This document shows, piece by piece, positions 9,310 through 18,258 of a DNA stretch of 64,000 nucleotides. The notes beneath the pieces are model-generated. The model had not been told where the DNA came from. It ran no database searches and saw only the letters and a program-made list of their open reading frames with translations. Source of the stretch: Candidatus Limnocylindria bacterium (GTDB lineage Bacteria; Desulfobacterota; Binatia; DP-6). Positions within the stretch are counted from its first letter, which is position 1, and every line of letters begins with the position of its first letter. The stretch is from NCBI GenBank assembly GCA_035559675.1, contig DATMAZ010000220.1, positions 11,024 to 75,023 on the forward strand, written 5' to 3'. The position numbers were made by a program, and so were the translations under genes.

Positions 9310-10835
9310 CCGAGCGGCGACCGCGCATCGGCCGGTGGCAGGGCCTCGCGCTGCAGGTAGGCGCGGCGCTCATGGTCACCGTCGCGCTGCTCGCCGCAGG
9401 CGAAGGGCTGGCGCGGCTCGTCGTGGGCCCGGCGCCGGCGCGCCCGGCGGCGGTGCAGGCAGCCCACGGCGACGATTACGTCGCCACCACACTCACCGGT
9501 CTGGACATCGCTCCGGAGCTGAACCCCTCGCCGCTGATCGAGGATCCGTACGTGCTGTGGCGGAACAAGCCGTTGGCGCGGAAGACCCAGCCGGTGAACC
9601 CGGCGGTGTTCGGCCGCAGCGACACGTGGACCATCGAGAACGACTCGGCCGGCTACCGCGGGCCCGAGCGGCCGCCCGCCGGCGACGAGGACGCGGTGTA
9701 TCGCATCCTCTGCGTCGGCGATTCCGTCACCTTCGGCTTCAACGTCGATCAGCCCGACCCGTATCCGCGCCGGCTCGAGGCGCGTCTGCGCGAGCGCCAT
9801 CCAGGACGGCGGATCGAGGTCGTGAATGCCGGCGTGCCGGGCTGGACGTGGGTCCAGGGGTTGCGCTTTCTCGAGGCGTATGGGTTGCGCCTGCGCCCGG
9901 ATCTCGTAATCGCCGCGCACGGCACGAACGACCAGTTCTGGCGTGCGGTGATCACCGACCGCGAGCGCTTGCCAGGCGGCGGAGTGCCCGCACCCGAGAT
10001 GCGGCCCGCGACGGCGCTCGAGCGCACGAGCCTCTACCGACTGCTCGCGGGCGTGGGCCGGCGCTGGCGGGCTGCCGAGCCACCGCTCAGCCCCGTTTGC
10101 CGGGCCACCCAAGCGGGCGGCGAGACCTGCCGCCGCGTGCCGCTCGCCGACATCACCCGCACGGTGGGCGAAATGCACGATCGCCTCCGCTCGGCCGGCG
10201 CCGAGCTGATCGTGGCCAACATGGATTTCATGGAGACCAAGGCCGTCGAAGGTGTGCGGCGCGCGGCGGCGGAGCGGCAGCTACCGTATCTCGACCTGGT
10301 CGCGCACTTTCACGCCCTCGACGAGGCCGAGGACGCAGCGCGCGCCGCCGAGCTCGGGCTCCGGCCCGCCGGCGCGGGCGCGCCGGCCGCGCCGCGCCGC
10401 GTGCTCTTTCGCGTCCTCGTTCCCGCCTCGGCGAGCGAGCCGGTGTCGGTGCGCGGCGGCGGATACCTCCGCGACGACGTGCGCTTCGAGCTGCCGCTGC
10501 GCGACGACGGCGCCGGCGGCGACGAGCGTGCCGGTGACCGGATCTTCTCCGGCGTGCTCGAGGTGGGAGCGGACGTAGGCGCGCTGGAGTATGTCTTCTG
10601 GCTCGGCGACACGGCGGAGTTCACGCCGCTCCCGCCGCTGCGCTCCACGTCGGGCACGCGGCTCGTCCGGCTCGGGAGCGGCGAGACGGTGGCGCCGGTG
10701 GTGGTGTTCGCCGAGCGGCGGCGGATGGCCGAGCGGACGCATCCCAACGCGGCCGGTCAGGCGGAGATCGCCGAGCGGTTTGCCGAGGTGGTGGAGGCCC
10801 AGCCCTCATTCCGGGCCTGGCTCGACCGCTTGTAA
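9306..10835 (+). CDS. SGNH/GDSL-family hydrolase with an N-terminal membrane anchor
   Basis: GTG start overlaps the sulfatase stop as GTGA. Carries GDS block [11 protein letters not shown] and block V HGTNDQFW, with an N-terminal TM helix. Confidence 0.75.
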   Translation: MTERRPRIGRWQGLALQVGAALMVTVALLAAGEGLARLVVGPAPARPAAVQAAHGDDYVATTLTGLDIAPELNPSPLIEDPYVLWRNKPLARKTQPVNPAVFGRSDTWTIENDSAGYRGPERPPAGDEDAVYRILCVGDSVTFGFNVDQPDPYPRRLEARLRERHPGRRIEVVNAGVPGWTWVQGLRFLEAYGLRLRPDLVIAAHGTNDQFWRAVITDRERLPGGGVPAPEMRPATALERTSLYRLLAGVGRRWRAAEPPLSPVCRATQAGGETCRRVPLADITRTVGEMHDRLRSAGAELIVANMDFMETKAVEGVRRAAAERQLPYLDLVAHFHALDEAEDAARAAELGLRPAGAGAPAAPRRVLFRVLVPASASEPVSVRGGGYLRDDVRFELPLRDDGAGGDERAGDRIFSGVLEVGADVGALEYVFWLGDTAEFTPLPPLRSTSGTRLVRLGSGETVAPVVVFAERRRMAERTHPNAAGQAEIAERFAEVVEAQPSFRAWLDRL

Positions 10836-10866
10836 CGGCGGCGCGTCCGGGTCACTCTCCCGCGCC

Positions 10867-12060
10867 ATGGGACGCAAGGTATTCGTCGTTGGTGTCGGAA
10901 TGACCAAGTTCGAGAAGCCCGGATCGCGGGAGGGGTGGGATTACCCCGACATGGCGAAGGAAGCGGGCGAGAAGGCGCTGAAGGACGCCGGCATCTCGTA
11001 TACCGAGGTGGAGCAGGCGGCCGTCGGCTACTGCTACGGCGATTCCACGTGCGGGCAGCGCGCCGTCTACCAGCTCGGCATGACGGGCATCCCCGTCTAC
11101 AACGTGAACAACAACTGCTCGACGGGCTCGACGGCGCTCTTCATGGCGAAGCAGTTCATCGAGGGTGGGCTCGCCGACTGCGTCCTGGCCCTCGGCTTCG
11201 AGAAGATGGAGAAGGGCTCGCTCGGCATCAAGTACACCGATCGCACCAACCCGATGGACAAGCAGGCGACGCTCATGATCGAGCTGCGCGGCCTCGCCAA
11301 GGCGCCGTTCACGCCGCAGTTCTTCGGCAATGCCGGCCGCGAGCACATGGAGCGGTACGGCACCAAGCCCGAGCACTTCGCCAAGATCGGCTACAAGAAC
11401 CACAAGCACTCGGTGAACAACCCGTACTCGCAGTTCCAGGACGAGTACTCGCTCGAGGACATCCTGAACGCGCCGATGGTGTACGAGCCGCTCACCAAGC
11501 TGCAGTGCTGTCCCACCTCCGACGGCGCCGCCGCCGCGATCCTCGCCAGCGAGGACTTCGTGAAGAAGCACAACCTGCAAAAGCAGGCGGTCGAGATCGT
11601 CGGCCAGGCGATGACCACCGACTTGGAGAGCACGCTCTCCGAGCGGAGCTGCATCAAGCTGATCGGCGCGGACATGACGCGCAAGGCCGCGGAGAAGGTC
11701 TACGAGCAGTCGGGGCTCGGCCCGGAAAACGTCGACGTGATCGAGTTGCACGACTGCTTCTCGACCAACGAGCTCATCACCTACGAAGGCCTCGGGCTCT
11801 GCGAGCCGGGGAAGGGCGGGGAGCTGATCGACTCCGGCGCGGTCACCTACGGCGGCAAGTGGGTGGTGAATCCGTCCGGCGGCCTCATCTCGAAGGGCCA
11901 TCCGCTCGGCGCCACTGGGCTCGCGCAGTGCGCGGAGCTGAATTGGCAGCTGCGCGGCGAGGCCGGCAAGCGCCAGGTGCCGGGGGCAAAGGTCGCGCTG
12001 CAGCACAACCTGGGGCTGGGCGGGGCGGCCGTGGTGACGATGTACCGCAAGGCCGACTAG
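10867..12060 (+). CDS. SCP2/SCPx-type thiolase (non-specific lipid-transfer-protein thiolase domain)
   Basis: [26 protein letters not shown] (catalytic Cys) and C-terminal [28 protein letters not shown] match the SCPx thiolase family. Confidence 0.85.
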   Translation: MGRKVFVVGVGMTKFEKPGSREGWDYPDMAKEAGEKALKDAGISYTEVEQAAVGYCYGDSTCGQRAVYQLGMTGIPVYNVNNNCSTGSTALFMAKQFIEGGLADCVLALGFEKMEKGSLGIKYTDRTNPMDKQATLMIELRGLAKAPFTPQFFGNAGREHMERYGTKPEHFAKIGYKNHKHSVNNPYSQFQDEYSLEDILNAPMVYEPLTKLQCCPTSDGAAAAILASEDFVKKHNLQKQAVEIVGQAMTTDLESTLSERSCIKLIGADMTRKAAEKVYEQSGLGPENVDVIELHDCFSTNELITYEGLGLCEPGKGGELIDSGAVTYGGKWVVNPSGGLISKGHPLGATGLAQCAELNWQLRGEAGKRQVPGAKVALQHNLGLGGAAVVTMYRKAD

Positions 12061-12100
12061 CCGTCCACCGCACACACGCGACGATTCTGAAAAGCGCAGC

Positions 12101-12709
12101 ATGGCGTATCGGTTGCACTACTTCCCCATTCGTGGCCGCGGCGAGCAGATCCGGCTCCTCTGTCACGCGTTCGCCATCCCGTTCGAGGACGTGCGTGTCG
12201 GACGGGCGGAGTTCGGCGAGCTGCGCGGAAGGGGCGTGAGCCCGCTGGCATTCGGATCGCTGCCGCTGCTCGAGGACGACGGTTTCTTCCTGGTGCAGGG
12301 CCCCGCCATCATGGCCTACCTCGGCACCAAGCATGGGGCGCGGCCGAAGGACCTCCGCGCGGGCGCGCGCTGCGATTCGTACGTGCTCGGCGCCGAGGAT
12401 CTCCGCATCCGTTACTTCCGCGCCTTCGGTGAGGATACCGAGAAGAAGGCCGAGTTCGTCCGGAGCGAGTGGGAAGGACGGTGGCGGCCGCGGCTCGAAG
12501 CGCTGCTGGAGGCGAACGGGAGCGACCGGCACTTCATCGGCGGCGAGCTCACTACCGCCGACGTCGCGATCTGGGACGTCGTGGATGCGGTGACGCACTT
12601 CATCCCCGGGGCGGCGCTCGACGGTGCCGGGCGGTTGCAGGCGTTCTACGAGGCGTTCGCGTCGCGGCCGGCGATCGCAAAGTACCTGGCGGAGCGGCCG
12701 AAGGACTAG
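12101..12709 (+). CDS. Glutathione S-transferase
   Basis: Thioredoxin-fold N-terminus (YFPIRGRGEQIRLLC) and an alpha-helical GST C-terminal domain. Confidence 0.75.
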   Translation: MAYRLHYFPIRGRGEQIRLLCHAFAIPFEDVRVGRAEFGELRGRGVSPLAFGSLPLLEDDGFFLVQGPAIMAYLGTKHGARPKDLRAGARCDSYVLGAEDLRIRYFRAFGEDTEKKAEFVRSEWEGRWRPRLEALLEANGSDRHFIGGELTTADVAIWDVVDAVTHFIPGAALDGAGRLQAFYEAFASRPAIAKYLAERPKD

Positions 12710-12711
12710 GC

Positions 12712-13233
12712 CTAGTCTCCGTCCAGCTGGTATGCGAGCTGTTCGACGCCGGCCAGCGCGTCCGGCTGGAGACGCGCCAACGCTTCCGCATCGTCCCGTA
12801 GCACCGCGTCCAGAAAGTTCACCGCGAGATAGTTCTCGACGTGCCGGCCGTGTCGCCGCGGGAGGAACTCCGGCTCGCAGGCCGCCGGCCTTCCGCGCGG
12901 TACCTCGGGCACCTCGCACAGATCGGCGAAGCTCGAATGCGCGGCGCGAACGAAATTCCCGTAGCCGACCAGCGCCGGACCCGGGGCCAGGGCGTCGAAC
13001 GATCTCGCGGGGTGTTCCACCTGCCGGCCGCCGGGGTTCAGCGGGGAGTGCAACTGCTGCACGAATGGTTGGCCCGACGCGCAGCTCGGCGTCGGCTGCT
13101 GCACCCCGTCGTAATTGTAGTCCAGCTGCTCGCAGAACTGCCGCTCGCTGCGCACGGTGTAGAGCGCGATCAGCAAACACGCCTTGAGCAGCCGCTCGGG
13201 CGGGACCGAGGGCCGGCCGCCATCGGCGTACAT
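12712..13233 (-). mobile_element. Degenerate IS5/IS1182-type transposase N-terminal remnant (pseudogene; no DDE domain)
   Basis: GGRPSVPPERLLKACLLIALYTVRSERQFCEQLDYN matches the DUF772/InsH N-terminal motif and then diverges. A later ...AHSSFADLCEV...NFLDAVLRDDAE resembles the HSxFSKNR / FFDAVL region. No catalytic domain follows. Confidence 0.5.
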
Positions 13234-13310
13234 CCGGCAACCTGCTAGGTCTCGGCTCGGGGACGCTCGGCCTGTCTGATCTCTCGTCCCGACATACTCG
13301 AGGACTCGGC

Positions 13311-13339
13311 TTGACCGCCGCGGCGTCGCTACGTATTGG
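13311..13339 (+). promoter_or_regulatory. Sigma70-like promoter (TTGACC - 17 nt - TATTGG) upstream of 13375 CDS
   Basis: Consensus-like -35, exact 17 nt spacer, and an AGGAGGGA RBS at 13357-13364. Confidence 0.4.
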
Positions 13340-13374
13340 CCGTCGTGTAGCCCGTTAGGAGGGAGAAGGACGCG

Positions 13375-13914
13375 ATGAGAGGTTCGAAGGGTGTCGCCGC
13401 GTTGCTCGCGGCGTGTGGGCTCGGGAGCGGATGCTTCAGTTTCGCTGCGGATCGCCCCGTCGTCATGGATGTCCTGATGTTGGTCCTTGGGGACGCTCTA
13501 CCCGAGCCGGTGGTGCTGCCGCGCAAGGCCCAGAAGCTCGAGGGGCAGGCCAACGTGACGGCGTCCGTTGCTATCGGCGGCCTCGACGGCACCTACGACG
13601 TGACGCTCGGCCCGTACGGCCGGTTCGCCGGTACGGCAAAGGTCGTCGGCAAGAAGGGCGCGAAGCTGGTGGTCAAGGACAGTCCCGAGCTGCTGGCGGC
13701 CGTGCAAGGGATCGTGCTCGACACGCTCGGCGTGGACGTCACCGTAAGCGGCGCCAAGGGAAAAGTCGTCGGCAAGCAGACCACCGGCGGCGTCAACAAG
13801 CGCTACAAGGGCAAGATCAAGTTCAAGGGAACGGTGGCATCCGGCCTGAGCGCGGGAGCGCGGGTGAAGGGCAAGATCACGACGTCGGGCGATCTTGAAG
13901 CGCCGCAGATCTAA
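13375..13914 (+). CDS. Secreted Lys/Gly-rich repeat protein (hypothetical)
   Basis: Signal peptide (AALLAACGLGSGC). Internal repeats of (A/V)KGK(V/I)xxK...TTGG/TTSG. Locally lower GC, and adjacent to the transposase remnant. Confidence 0.6.
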   Translation: MRGSKGVAALLAACGLGSGCFSFAADRPVVMDVLMLVLGDALPEPVVLPRKAQKLEGQANVTASVAIGGLDGTYDVTLGPYGRFAGTAKVVGKKGAKLVVKDSPELLAAVQGIVLDTLGVDVTVSGAKGKVVGKQTTGGVNKRYKGKIKFKGTVASGLSAGARVKGKITTSGDLEAPQI

Positions 13915-14009
13915 CGCCCGGCGCGCAAGGCCAGTCACGGTCGACGAGCGTCAGCGAGAGCACCGGCCCGGCCCACCCACGATGCACGGTCGTGCCGCGA
14001 GCGCCAGGC

Positions 14010-14693
14010 TCACCAGACGCCGCGGAACATCCGGTACCGGGTGACGCTCATGTAGGCCCGATACTCGTCGCCGCGGGCCCGCAGCAGCTGTCGCTCTTCG
14101 ATCGGAATGAAGCCGACGAAGGTGAGGCCGATGGCCGCCGCCCAGACGAGCTGCGCGGCGTTGGGATGGATCAGCAACGAGGACAGGCCCATGCACACGG
14201 CGCCCCGATACATTGGGTGGCGGACGCTCGCGTACGACCCGGTGGTGAGCAGCGGCGTCACGGCGGCGGCCGTGTGCGTCTGCTCCCCGCCCGGGATGCC
14301 GAGCAGGCCGCGCAGCGACTCGAAGGTCGCGCCTTCGAGGAAGGCGAGAAACGACAGGAGGAAGGCGCACGTGCCGGCGTAGACCACCCACCAGCTCGGC
14401 GTGTACGCCGGGCCCGGGAGCGGACGGTGCAGCGCGTAGAGCACCACCCAGGTGACCACCGCCACCGTGATGTAGGCGCGCCGTTCCGCCGGGGAGCCTT
14501 CCGGCCGACCGGTGACCGCTTTCTTGAAGGTCGGTGTCATCATCACGTAGTGAATCGTGACGTAGGCGAGGTACAGGAGCGCGTTCACCAGGTAGTTCCC
14601 GGCCGGAGCGGACGCGTCGTGGCGAAAGCCGAGCAGCAGCGACGCCGGGACTGTCATGAGGCCGAGGTACGCGAACCAACCGTATGCCACCAT
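14010..14693 (-). CDS. Isoprenylcysteine carboxyl methyltransferase (ICMT)/PEMT-family membrane methyltransferase
   Basis: 227 aa polytopic protein. The C-terminal ICMT motif (SYASVRHPMYRGAVCMGLSSLL...GFIPIEERQLLRARGDEYRAY) is taken from the C-terminal part of ORF 14010..15569. Confidence 0.75.
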   Translation of the reverse strand: MVAYGWFAYLGLMTVPASLLLGFRHDASAPAGNYLVNALLYLAYVTIHYVMMTPTFKKAVTGRPEGSPAERRAYITVAVVTWVVLYALHRPLPGPAYTPSWWVVYAGTCAFLLSFLAFLEGATFESLRGLLGIPGGEQTHTAAAVTPLLTTGSYASVRHPMYRGAVCMGLSSLLIHPNAAQLVWAAAIGLTFVGFIPIEERQLLRARGDEYRAYMSVTRYRMFRGVW

Positions 14694-14749
14694 AGGCGTC
14701 TTGTCTCCGGCGCCGTCTAGCGCAAAAGGTGCCGGGTGGCCAAGAGGCC

Positions 14750-15082
14750 TCAGGCGGCGCGCGCGCATCGCGCGGCGGCAGCCTCGCAGGCCTCGGTACA
14801 CCGCGCGTTCTGACAGAGGCTCGCGCACGCGAGCCCGAAGCCCTCGCAATGGTCTCGCGGCGCCTGGCGACAGGCGTCGTGCCCCGCCTCGCAGGCGCCA
14901 CGGCACTGCTCGGGGACGTAATCCCCGCCGCCGCCGCACCGTTCGATGCACGCCGTCCGCCCGTCGCCGCAGAACCGCTCGACCTGCGCCCGTTCGGGGC
15001 CGCCGGACCCGCAGGCGCAGGCCAGCAGCAGCGCCCAACCCAGCGTGCGGAGCGCACGCGTCCTGTCGGCTCGCCGGTTCAT
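14750..15082 (-). CDS. Cysteine-rich secreted mini-protein or lipoprotein (14 Cys in ~85 mature residues)
   Basis: Signal peptide plus lipobox (LLLACACG). Many CxxxC/CxC spacings, ending ...RCARAA. The ATG at 15082 overlaps the upstream gene's stop. Confidence 0.55.
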   Translation of the reverse strand: MNRRADRTRALRTLGWALLLACACGSGGPERAQVERFCGDGRTACIERCGGGGDYVPEQCRGACEAGHDACRQAPRDHCEGFGLACASLCQNARCTEACEAAAARCARAA

Positions 15083-16065
15083 CCCACCGCCGTCTCGGGG
15101 CGGTTCGCATCCGGATGCCGGACGTACGCCTGGTGGAGCAGCCGGATGAATGCTGGATCGCGCTCGGGGTCGTCGCCGGACGGTGGCGCCGCGATGCCGC
15201 GCGCAGCGAGATCCACGCGAAAGCGGCGCAGCACCTCGGCGAGGTCGATGTCGTCGGTGTGCTCCGCCCACCGGCGGCGCTCGGCGTCCGACTCGAACAC
15301 CAACGCCTTCCACGACACGCTGACGCGCAAGCGCTCCCGGGGCACCGCTGCCAGCTCGCGCCCGCCATCGACGATCGTCCAGGCGTTGCCGCCGCCTGTG
15401 AGCTCGCTCGCCATCGTGAGCGCGGGCATGCCATCGGCGAGCGCGCCGGTGGGCCGGACCCGATGCCACATGACGTCGTTGTCGCCGACGATGGCCGTGT
15501 TGTCGATTCGGCCCTCGTGAACGCGGGACGGGCGGTCGGGCCCGTCCGGCCAGTATTCGAATCCGCCATCCGCGCCGGCGTAGAACCATACCACGGCGGT
15601 GGCCACCTTCACGCGTACGTCCTCGAACAACCCGGAGAGGCCCATGATGGTGAGCAGCGTGATGGGATGGCGCGTGCGATCGAACCCCCGGAATACGGGG
15701 ACGTCGGTGTGGCCGGCGCCCTGCGGGAACGGGAGCTGATACGTGAGGTTCACGTACACGGTCGTCGGCACCACGATCTCGGCGTCGAAGAGCCGCCGGG
15801 CGGCCGCCACGAAACGCGGTGAGTGCAGGAGCGGTGCCACCCCCTCGCGCACCACGCCGTCGGCGGCCCAGTTGCCGCGAAACACCGGCGCTACGACCAT
15901 CCCGGCGGTCGCGTCGCGCCCCGACAGCGCGGCGTACTCGGCGTCGTTGGCGAAGTAGCGCTGGACCGGCCAGTACGGTGCGTGCGCGTCGATCAGGGAG
16001 TGCACCGCCGCCGGATCGTCCACCGCCGGGTCGAGAAGCACAGGCGCACGGGGCGACTGGGCCAT
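15079..16065 (-). CDS. Conserved hypothetical protein with an HxD...H motif (possible 2OG/Fe(II)-oxygenase or cupin-like), paralog A
   Basis: MAQSPRAPVLLDP... contains AGHTDVPVFRG and a later VMWHRV. It is clearly paralogous to 33541..34548 (ERLRVSVSWKALVFESDAERRRWAEHTDDIDLAEVLRRF versus EDLRFSVSWKAYCFADEAERRLWAEHRDDLTVDAVVERL). Confidence 0.6.
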   Translation of the reverse strand: MAQSPRAPVLLDPAVDDPAAVHSLIDAHAPYWPVQRYFANDAEYAALSGRDATAGMVVAPVFRGNWAADGVVREGVAPLLHSPRFVAAARRLFDAEIVVPTTVYVNLTYQLPFPQGAGHTDVPVFRGFDRTRHPITLLTIMGLSGLFEDVRVKVATAVVWFYAGADGGFEYWPDGPDRPSRVHEGRIDNTAIVGDNDVMWHRVRPTGALADGMPALTMASELTGGGNAWTIVDGGRELAAVPRERLRVSVSWKALVFESDAERRRWAEHTDDIDLAEVLRRFRVDLAARGIAAPPSGDDPERDPAFIRLLHQAYVRHPDANRPETAVG

Positions 16066-16183
16066 ATGCGCACCGTGGCATGTCGCCCTCCTGATGTCGA
16101 GACGGAACGGCGGCGCCGCGATGGGAATGCTGCGCCTGCATGCTGCCGACGAGCCGAGAGCGAGCGACACAGAGGCCGTGACC

Positions 16184-16873
16184 TCAATGCAGCCAGCGCA
16201 GCACGAGGAACCCAGCAACCAGCAGCACGACGAAGAGCGTCGTCATGAGGTTGAAGTTGCGCTCCAGCACCTCGCGCATGCGCGGCCCGAAGCGCGCGAT
16301 CAGGCTTGCTTCGATAAAGAAGCGCGCGCCGCGAGACAGGACGGAGGCGAAGAAAAAGGCCGGCACGTTCATGCCGAAGAGCCCGGAGGCGATGGTGAAG
16401 ACCTTGTAAGGGATCGGCGTAAAACCGGCGATCATGACCGCAACGATGCCCCATTCGTTGTAGAAGCCTTGCACCCGCTCGAACGCCTCGTGGCTGAAGC
16501 CCGGTACGTAGGTAAAGAACCAATCGTCGACGGCATGCCAGAACCCCCAGCCGATCAGATACCCGAGAAGGCCGCCGAGAGCGCTCGCCGCGGTGCAGAC
16601 GAACGCGTACCAGAAGGCGCGGGACGGCCTGGACACGCCGAGTGCGATCAGCAGCACGTCGGGCGGAATTGGAAAGAAGCTCGACTCCGCGAAGGACAGG
16701 CCGGCGAGTCCCGCCGTGCCATGGGGGCTGTCGGCCCAGCTCGTCACCCAGTCGTAGAGTCGCCGATGCATGCCCGGGCGCGGCGGCGGTTGCCAAGCCT
16801 GCGCGGTGGCCACGCCCTGGGCGGGCTTGCCAGGCCGGTCGTCGGTGGAATCCATCGGGGGTTTGTAACCCAT
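16184..16873 (-). CDS. DedA/YqaA (SNARE-associated) family membrane protein
   Basis: Carries the DedA core (FFPIPPDVLLIALG...GFTPIPYKVFTIASGLFGMN). Alternative starts exist at 16855 and 16930. Confidence 0.75.
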   Translation of the reverse strand: MGYKPPMDSTDDRPGKPAQGVATAQAWQPPPRPGMHRRLYDWVTSWADSPHGTAGLAGLSFAESSFFPIPPDVLLIALGVSRPSRAFWYAFVCTAASALGGLLGYLIGWGFWHAVDDWFFTYVPGFSHEAFERVQGFYNEWGIVAVMIAGFTPIPYKVFTIASGLFGMNVPAFFFASVLSRGARFFIEASLIARFGPRMREVLERNFNLMTTLFVVLLVAGFLVLRWLH

Positions 16874-17009
16874 GGGACGAAAAACGGCGAACGGGGGCGT
16901 ACTCTCGCGGCGACAGACGCGGTGGCGCATGTGATCGGGCCGCGATGGGTAGCTCGCCCGAGGTCCGTCCTCACGCGCGCCATGAGGTAGACGGCGCGCA
17001 AAGGGACAG

Positions 17010-17450
17010 TTAGGCCGCGCGCGGCAGACAGCTACGGTCGCAGGTGGCGGTCCGAACGTGCCAGCGCGAGCAGTAGACCACCCGCAGCGACGCCTGCGAG
17101 GACGCCCGCCCGAGCAGCGTGCGTGCCCGAACGCCGTCGATCGGGCAGGTCACCGTCCGGAACTCGTGTCCGGCGATGGTGAGGCGCGCTAGCAGGAAGA
17201 CCATGGCGCCGGCCAGCAGGATGGTCGCCACGGCGAGGGCTTCGAGCACCGACAGCGCGCCGAATGGATTCGTCAGCGGGATCGCCTCCGACGGGGGGAG
17301 CGGCCACACGAGCGACACCTCCTCGACATCTTCGGCAGCATGATTCGTGCCGCCGTCAGCGCCAACCGCCGCGAGCGGTCGTTCCGGCGGTTCGGATGCC
17401 CGTCGCGCCAGCCGTATCGACTTTGCGAACCGCAGGCCCGGCCGCCACAA
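17010..17450 (-). CDS. Hypothetical membrane-anchored protein with a C-terminal Cys4 cluster
   Basis: One TM helix followed by TCPIDG...YCSRWH...TCDRSC. GC3 is high in this frame. It overlaps the longest version of the neighbouring DUF99 ORF. Confidence 0.3.
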   Translation of the reverse strand: MWRPGLRFAKSIRLARRASEPPERPLAAVGADGGTNHAAEDVEEVSLVWPLPPSEAIPLTNPFGALSVLEALAVATILLAGAMVFLLARLTIAGHEFRTVTCPIDGVRARTLLGRASSQASLRVVYCSRWHVRTATCDRSCLPRAA

Positions 17451-17458
17451 TCGGGCGC

Positions 17459-18025
17459 GTGCGGCAGCGGGTGCTCGCGAACACCGTGGGGTTCGACGAC
17501 GCGCCGTTTGCGCGCGGGCATCGGGGAGCGGTCGCCGTCGTCGGGGCGGTCTTCGCGGCCAAGCGGCTCGACGGCGTCCTGATCGCGTCGGTGGAGAAAG
17601 ACGGCGACGACGCCACGCGCGTGCTCGCCGCCACGATCGCCGGCTCGCGCTTCCACGAGCACGTGAACCTCGTGCTGCTGCAGGGCGTGGCGCTCGCCGG
17701 TTTCAACGTGGTGGACGCGGCGGCGCTGCACGCGGCGCTTCGCCGGCCGGTCCTGGTGGTGGCACGGAAGCCGCCCGATCTGCCCGCCGTGCGCCGCGCG
17801 CTCGAACGGGTCCCGGGCGGGCGGGAGAAGTGGCGGCTGATCGAGCAGCTGGGTGCGATGGAGCCGTGTGCCGGCACGTACGTGCAGCGGGTCGGGCTCG
17901 ATGCGGGCGAGGCGCGCAGGGTCGTCGAGCGGCTGGCGATCCACGGCCGGATTCCCGAGCCGCTGCGCGTCGCACACCTGATCGCAGGCGCGGTCGCGCG
18001 CGGTGTCAGTCGCGGGCGCGTCTGA
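17459..18025 (+). CDS. DUF99 (UPF0215) family protein
   Basis: N-terminal VGFDDAPF is the DUF99 signature. A GTG at 17459 or an ATG at 17396 are both in frame. Confidence 0.6.
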   Translation: MRQRVLANTVGFDDAPFARGHRGAVAVVGAVFAAKRLDGVLIASVEKDGDDATRVLAATIAGSRFHEHVNLVLLQGVALAGFNVVDAAALHAALRRPVLVVARKPPDLPAVRRALERVPGGREKWRLIEQLGAMEPCAGTYVQRVGLDAGEARRVVERLAIHGRIPEPLRVAHLIAGAVARGVSRGRV

Positions 18026-18148
18026 CGAGTCTGCCGGCAGCGTCATGTCGGCCAGGGAACTCAAGGCGGTGCCAGCGGAAAAGGTGTCTGAGTGCACGCG
18101 AAAATCCTTGCCTGCACGGTTATCGTCGCTTTGCCCCGCGGCACTGCT

Positions 18149-18169
18149 CTTCAGAACCGTCTTCTGAAG
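18149..18169 (+). promoter_or_regulatory. Perfect 8 bp hairpin (CTTCAGAA-ccgtc-TTCTGAAG) in the 5' region of the LLM oxidoreductase gene
   Basis: Inverted repeat about 90 nt upstream of the ATG at 18259. A TTGACC -35-like hexamer follows at 18224-18229. Confidence 0.3.
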
Positions 18170-18258
18170 GCCATGTGGGAACCGAACGGCGCATGGCGGC
18201 GCGCTCGCGGCTGCTTGCCCTTGACCAGGTGAACGGGGCGGCGTAGCCGGAAGGCATC

